From: a virus
Length of the DNA: 64,000 bases
Virus record (IMG/VR): IMGVR_UViG_3300013006_000018
Strand: one strand, 5' to 3'
The stretch's first letter is position 1, and each line of letters begins with the position of its first letter. Positions 60,201 to 64,000 of the stretch are shown piece after piece. The translations under genes and the position numbers were made by a program. Below the pieces are notes generated by a model. The model made no database searches, was not told the origin of the DNA, and saw only the letters and a program-made list of their open reading frames with translations.

Positions 60201-60689
60201 ACCTGATGCACCGGAAGCATAAAAATTAATGGTATAACCTTCAGCACTTAATGCCGGCCACGATTGCCAGCTTGAAAACCTTCTAACAACTAAAGGCTCA
60301 ATCAGCTTACTGGCAGGTACGTCATAAATTAGTCTCTTAAAAACTTCAAATTTTATTTCTTCATGAACAAAATCATAGATATTAATAAGAGGTTGATAGG
60401 TGTTATCATAAGCATTCCCCGCTGCGTCAAACACCGTTAGATTAGGTTTATATACTCCGGGCCATTTATACGTATGAACCGCGGTTAAATTAGATGAATA
60501 TGTCCCATCACCAAAATCCCATCTAATTTTTTTGTTAGATATATTGTTTTCTGTAGAAAGAAGTGATGAACTTGTAAAATCCGGTATAAAGGTAAGAGGT
60601 GTTATATCTAATGTGTATGATGAAAGCTGACTTCTGCCTGTAACATCTTTAACATTATAATATAGGTAAGTAAAATTAGTTGAAGCCAT
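57261..60689 (-). CDS. PKD domain + beta-propeller virion/baseplate protein
   Basis: WDFGDGT...HTYKWPGVY; repeated D.E.N[IL]WV blades. Confidence 0.7.
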   Translation of the reverse strand: MASTNFTYLYYNVKDVTGRSQLSSYTLDITPLTFIPDFTSSSLLSTENNISNKKIRWDFGDGTYSSNLTAVHTYKWPGVYKPNLTVFDAAGNAYDNTYQPLINIYDFVHEEIKFEVFKRLIYDVPASKLIEPLVVRRFSSWQSWPALSAEGYTINFYASGASGDYLNVSRYYTDKWSHLRLLSRFYAKQKIGDTEQYVVVDKLSTNNVEVYARINENREIVLCQKDDLGSFFCGTTGQCEAHYVDDKVKNYTSRENPIIIFASIDNSKFKDFYSTYSNIFNFVDYPPGGFQNINYTTMPIIKVRHNPAQQLSITTNGIDGEGALSSTSFDIPFHSWQNTDIPFVVKFKDDEGYTTKTYSSLSSSITNSTTPTGFYDLQFGICKYYNDQTIVPLTGIKFYEDFTIEAPQTVGGFFKGYFKSPYSVESVVLTASVLVEDPINFPKDTLISWIAQPQSRYIGRFFRQQIISNCLGTVGIFLSSLRTNIDVEPNRNQYAIACAISGAGIGEDYRPWVADGVADTLIKLDATTGNIVSAFDFTNYKTIVDVAGNVEYLNYRSPILNSAAPNSIALDGESNIWVSLFDSVSVVKIHALSGVITNVAYPSYQNLVYQLSSDYTLPQLSGFAGENTLLPASVDTDFENNLWVAYTHPVSSLVVKYSTTGSLLRTIVMPPLFSPVELCVDRNKNVWLTCLNNTTVSAYNLSARNDYLFKFDTYGDIVPGYPLSGFRLIGNICVDGGQNAWVSHDRDTITRVDSYTGYKTDVSVGSANNTNHIQSIDGIVCDTAQYIWAINNFDRKIYYVDALNEPYLINNTSSLPDLAGGPEYPLSAWEENRYQAYGDWNGFRWINKYMFSEALRRTITGISNVFNLYPDTGKYNISKINENFDMADYYKQITFQDYLFSYNTLFNDFLGTIVGGLSSAPESLGKTVYEKIANFIDNNSDLDKCSVDSLVSFCYELGVQFENYNYPFPPKVRRLVDLLSIKHKGLWGDQNKFDLNFYDKGTINSPYFAINRGTELSTLTSSISGGTPIVAYEIFSDTYTVVNTNKIYNSTNSFPLSNYSSMWGWGLVASDSVSGSYIGNYYKFYNFIPRYENSYYNNIINWQDDLTTLAPANSSYTSWVSDEGIVSNILSYYLTKGLNVLG

Positions 60690-62542
60690 TAGAACTCCCT
60701 TACAATAGACTGTATAGAAGGTGTAATAACTACGATTTTATTAACAAAATCTATAACATTATTAATGTAAGGGAATTTATAATAGGGTAATTGTGTATCT
60801 TGTGAAATAATTTTGATATCATCATAAGGATACACAGGGTTGTATATCACCATACTAACGCCTGGTACATAATAAGTATTTCCATTATATACAGTCTTCG
60901 TTTTAATGTTTTCTACACCTTCGAGAGCTAAAATTTGGTTTGTTATATAAGTAAAAGAAATTAATTTACCTAAATTATCAGCGGTCGTAGAAAAATAGTT
61001 TTTAAATATAGTATAAATTTGTATTTTTAATTCTTCTGGGTTTCTTTTAGCAGTAATATTTCTTGAAATTTCTAATGTAGCACCATTAGCAATATCAGGA
61101 CTTAGGGTTATATTGGGTACTGCAACAGCAAAATCTAACCCAACGTATACCGGATCATTGATGATAGGTTCTGCTGTTGTAATTTTTATATCTAATACAT
61201 CATTAAGAATGAGCTGCTTTTGTGCAGCGTTCAAATAATTAACCCGTGTGGTGAGTGATGTAAGTTTATTTAAACGTGGTACCGCGTAGATATAGATATT
61301 ATTAAAGTTACAAGCATCAGCAAATTTAACTTGATTGAATAACACACGAGAATCTAAATTAGGCTTATCCACACCGAGATCAAAGTAATACTTTAAATGA
61401 CCGGTTGTATAGTCCCAATTATTGACTACTTTTGAAGAACATATAATATTACCGTAATTTTTATCTACATATGTTTTAAAGTCGTCTGTGGTTATTAATC
61501 TATATTGACTTTTAAAAGTATTGATCGAATTGTTTTTAATATTTTGTACAGATTCTCTAAGCACATATTGTGTTGAAGGGTTACTATTAGTAAATAGTAG
61601 GAATGAACTGTTAGTATTATCGATAAGATTAAATCCTGTAGGTATTACATTTGCCTTAATATTATCAAATCTGGATGTTGAGTAAAAGAATAATTTACAG
61701 TTGTTTAACAGACCGGGGCCTACTTCTCCTTTTGTACCGTTAGTGCGAAGATAATAAATTGCTACTTCGTCGTTTGTATTCAGTTGTTTACCTGTTACGT
61801 TATTTCCAAATTTTATCTCGTAGCGCTCGTTTTCATTCATTCTTATTTCATATTTTTTGCTATTAGATTTTTCTAGAAATAGGGATTGTGATGAAGACCA
61901 TTGCTCCCATGCAGGGTTAACAACAGAGTTATCCTTAACGTAAACATTAATATTAAAGTGATCCATTTCAATATTTTTACCATTTGAATCAACAACAGTT
62001 AGGGTAAGGGTTTCAAACGGTTCACCGGTTGCAAAATAGGAGGGGTATTCAGACCATATACCCTGGTATAGTAGTGTGCCTTCTTCGAGATCTGTTAATC
62101 TTTCTATACCGGTACCCGTCTTTGAGAATGTTACATCCTTATTAAAACTATAGTTTACACCGTTGATAGTAAAATACGAATATCTCGGTATGGTGTATGT
62201 GCCGGGTTGTAGTGAAGTGGTTGCTGTCGCTTCAAAAGATAGGATCGATGTTTGATAGCCTACAGGGCTATAGTTTAATATTTTTACAATCTTATTAACA
62301 TTGTCATAAATTTCAGCGGTTGAAAAGTTACTCTCGGAAGCGGTTCTGTTCAAATAAAACAGTAAAACATGATATGAATATGCAACAATATCAATAATAG
62401 AATTTAAATTACTTCCTTCGTACTTTTGATCAGAAAAGACGTTGGTGTCATTTAGTCTTTGTATGATCAGGTTCTTTAAACTTGTAGCATCGAACGCTAC
62501 ATATCCGTCTGTTGGAAGTGTATAGTCGCTAAAGTCTGCCAT
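60689..62542 (-). CDS. gp6: Baseplate wedge subunit (T4 gp6-like)
   Basis: FSDQKYEGSNL..IIDIVAY, LNYSP, YEIKFGN..TGK, YLRT.G..G, ESVQNIK..Q.RL.T..DF. Confidence 0.85.
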   Translation of the reverse strand: MADFSDYTLPTDGYVAFDATSLKNLIIQRLNDTNVFSDQKYEGSNLNSIIDIVAYSYHVLLFYLNRTASESNFSTAEIYDNVNKIVKILNYSPVGYQTSILSFEATATTSLQPGTYTIPRYSYFTINGVNYSFNKDVTFSKTGTGIERLTDLEEGTLLYQGIWSEYPSYFATGEPFETLTLTVVDSNGKNIEMDHFNINVYVKDNSVVNPAWEQWSSSQSLFLEKSNSKKYEIRMNENERYEIKFGNNVTGKQLNTNDEVAIYYLRTNGTKGEVGPGLLNNCKLFFYSTSRFDNIKANVIPTGFNLIDNTNSSFLLFTNSNPSTQYVLRESVQNIKNNSINTFKSQYRLITTDDFKTYVDKNYGNIICSSKVVNNWDYTTGHLKYYFDLGVDKPNLDSRVLFNQVKFADACNFNNIYIYAVPRLNKLTSLTTRVNYLNAAQKQLILNDVLDIKITTAEPIINDPVYVGLDFAVAVPNITLSPDIANGATLEISRNITAKRNPEELKIQIYTIFKNYFSTTADNLGKLISFTYITNQILALEGVENIKTKTVYNGNTYYVPGVSMVIYNPVYPYDDIKIISQDTQLPYYKFPYINNVIDFVNKIVVITPSIQSIVREF

Positions 62543-62547
62543 AATAT

Positions 62548-63024
62548 TTAATTAAATATGAACCCCGAATTACTTAATGTCCCTGGTATAGTAATGCCTG
62601 TTATTTTCATACGGGGTGCTGTTATGGTTAACAAAACATAGTATTGTTGTTGCTCTTCATCAGGAACGACTTTCAATTTTTCTATTGAGACTCTGTCCGA
62701 TTCGTATAAGCCTACCCCTTTTCTAATTTCTTGACCTATTGTTTCTGCAATCCCTAAGGAGACAGGGTCAAATAAGTACCTACCTAAGCCTAGTCCAAAA
62801 GATGGATTTAGTATTTTTTGACCAGGAAATGTGTTAAAAAGATTAAAAAGTGATGATTTTATTGCACCTAAATCGTATAGAGCTTCCAAATCCCGTATTT
62901 CATCTTTCTTTAATAACTGATTATTTTGCGTATAATGCATAGTAAGATCTAACTTTATATCACTATAAGTATAGCTTTTTAATGATTTTGCCGGGGCTTT
63001 GATCGATTGTATTTTGATAGCCAT
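62548..63024 (-). CDS. gp25: Baseplate wedge / sheath initiator (T4 gp25-like)
   Basis: YSDI.LDL, AIKSSL.NLF.T.PGQK..NP.FG..L..YLFDP; TATAAATA 5 nt upstream. Confidence 0.85.
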   Translation of the reverse strand: MAIKIQSIKAPAKSLKSYTYSDIKLDLTMHYTQNNQLLKKDEIRDLEALYDLGAIKSSLFNLFNTFPGQKILNPSFGLGLGRYLFDPVSLGIAETIGQEIRKGVGLYESDRVSIEKLKVVPDEEQQQYYVLLTITAPRMKITGITIPGTLSNSGFIFN

Positions 63025-63082
63025 TAAAATATTTATAAAAATAACTATTTTTAAAATAGGTAGGTCGAGAATAAATAATTAT
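63025..63082. promoter_or_regulatory. Divergent late promoters (TAAATA at 63030-63035 minus, 63072-63077 plus)
   Basis: Each lies exactly 5 nt from its start codon (ATG 63024, GTG 63083). Confidence 0.65.
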
Positions 63083-63709
63083 GTGAATAAGAGATTTGTC
63101 AAATTATTTGAAGCTAATATTACAAGATTTAACCATGGCGGCTTCTTAGCCAGTGATAGAGTTACTTTTATTGACAACGTTCTAAAGAATGATTACTTCA
63201 AGAAACAGCCTGAAGAAATAGCCGGTGCTGTTACAGCGCTTATGAATTGTGGATTAAACTTAAGAGTAAAGAATATTAAGTCCACGTTTCCAGCAGTAGG
63301 CGGCGCAGGCAACCCTGATAATCTTGGTTATAGCTTTGCAGTAGAGGTTGTACCAGAGATAGCTCCGGGTAAATTTGATTATAATAAAACAGTCACAGTA
63401 CCTGCAAATTTACTTGTAAGGCACGATGACGGTATCAATTTGCCTCCGATACCTGATATATTAAAGCGAGCTGATAACTCTTATATTAAGCCCAAATTAG
63501 CTTCTGATATAAAACAAGACGAAGTTCCTTTCTACAGACCGCATAGTCAAACACATACTTCTAATGTAGATGGCAAAAATGTTGAGGGTGATCGTGAACT
63601 TTTAAATACCAACACAAAGATACCTTCCTCACCTGCGCACGGTGTTAAAGACCCTGCCATCGGTGACTTCCCCGATAGCTATACAAAAGCTTATCTTCCT
63701 ACTGCTTAA
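63083..63709 (+). CDS. Hypothetical late protein
   Basis: Start reassigned to GTG 63083 after the late box. Confidence 0.6.
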   Translation: MNKRFVKLFEANITRFNHGGFLASDRVTFIDNVLKNDYFKKQPEEIAGAVTALMNCGLNLRVKNIKSTFPAVGGAGNPDNLGYSFAVEVVPEIAPGKFDYNKTVTVPANLLVRHDDGINLPPIPDILKRADNSYIKPKLASDIKQDEVPFYRPHSQTHTSNVDGKNVEGDRELLNTNTKIPSSPAHGVKDPAIGDFPDSYTKAYLPTA

Positions 63710-64000
63710 CGTCAGATAGCTGTATAAAGCAGCTATAACAATTAATTTCTTGATCTATAACAAACGCACTCCTGTACAAATGTTCAGCAATAATAATTAA
63801 GTATTGTTTTTTAAGCTCGTTATCAGCTTCATTTTTATCTATATGATTAAAAAGAGATCGTAGTAGATTAATATAATCGGAATTAAACTTTTGTTCGTTT
63901 TCAATAAGAGATTTTCTGATAGCAAGTACATTCCCGGATTTAATATTATTCGTTATTAGATCGAGAACGTCACTTTTATTACTTTCAGTTAATAATAATT
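63699..64000 (-). CDS. gp44: Clamp-loader subunit (T4 gp44-like), C-terminal part, 5' truncated
   Basis: Manual translation ...IIAEHLYRSAFVIDQEINCYSCFIQLSDVKQ* matches the gp44/RFC C-terminus. Confidence 0.8.
   Translation of the reverse strand, partial: LLLTESNKSDVLDLITNNIKSGNVLAIRKSLIENEQKFNSDYINLLRSLFNHIDKNEADNELKKQYLIIIAEHLYRSAFVIDQEINCYSCFIQLSDVKQ

Noticed and set aside
1-64000. Stop-codon reassignment or a eukaryotic giant-virus origin
   Set aside because: Long intact ORFs end in TAA, TAG and TGA and there is no suppressor tRNA; tmRNA, sigma70 promoters and gp6/gp25/gp44 indicate a bacteriophage

Overview
This 64 kb window is from a large, AT-rich T4-like myovirus (likely jumbo phage), read with the standard genetic code. 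Baseplate wedge gp6, gp25-like and clamp-loader gp44 genes lie at the right end. It contains: (i) tail-fibre and virion-decoration genes at 2-7.7, 10.7-13.3 and 36.6-60.7 kb, seven of which carry mucin-like Pro/Thr/Ser stalks, mostly ending in LamG, L-lectin, RCC1, FISUMP or M8 metalloprotease/cupredoxin heads; (ii) a stable-RNA locus with a tmRNA carrying an unusually long 33-codon acidic tag and 10 tRNAs, none with encoded CCA; (iii) a 7-gene glycosyltransferase operon (13.9-20.7 kb) headed by a GT60 protein O-alpha-GlcNAc transferase, followed by a GT7C/GT2-like enzyme, a GT11 fucosyltransferase and three HtrL/YibB proteins; (iv) an AT-rich tailoring-enzyme island (23-35 kb) with a radical SAM/SPASM protein, four 2OG/cupin hydroxylases, two methyltransferases, GT8, an Asn-synthetase-like amidotransferase and two paralogous 4-Cys miniproteins. 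The best candidate for an undescribed system is phage-encoded mucin-type O-glycosylation of the virion (a 'glycocalyx'). A second strong pattern is that at least 14 genes have TAAATA exactly 5 nt before the start codon with no Shine-Dalgarno sequence, implying leaderless late mRNAs. All family assignments come from motif recognition by eye; no database searches were run.
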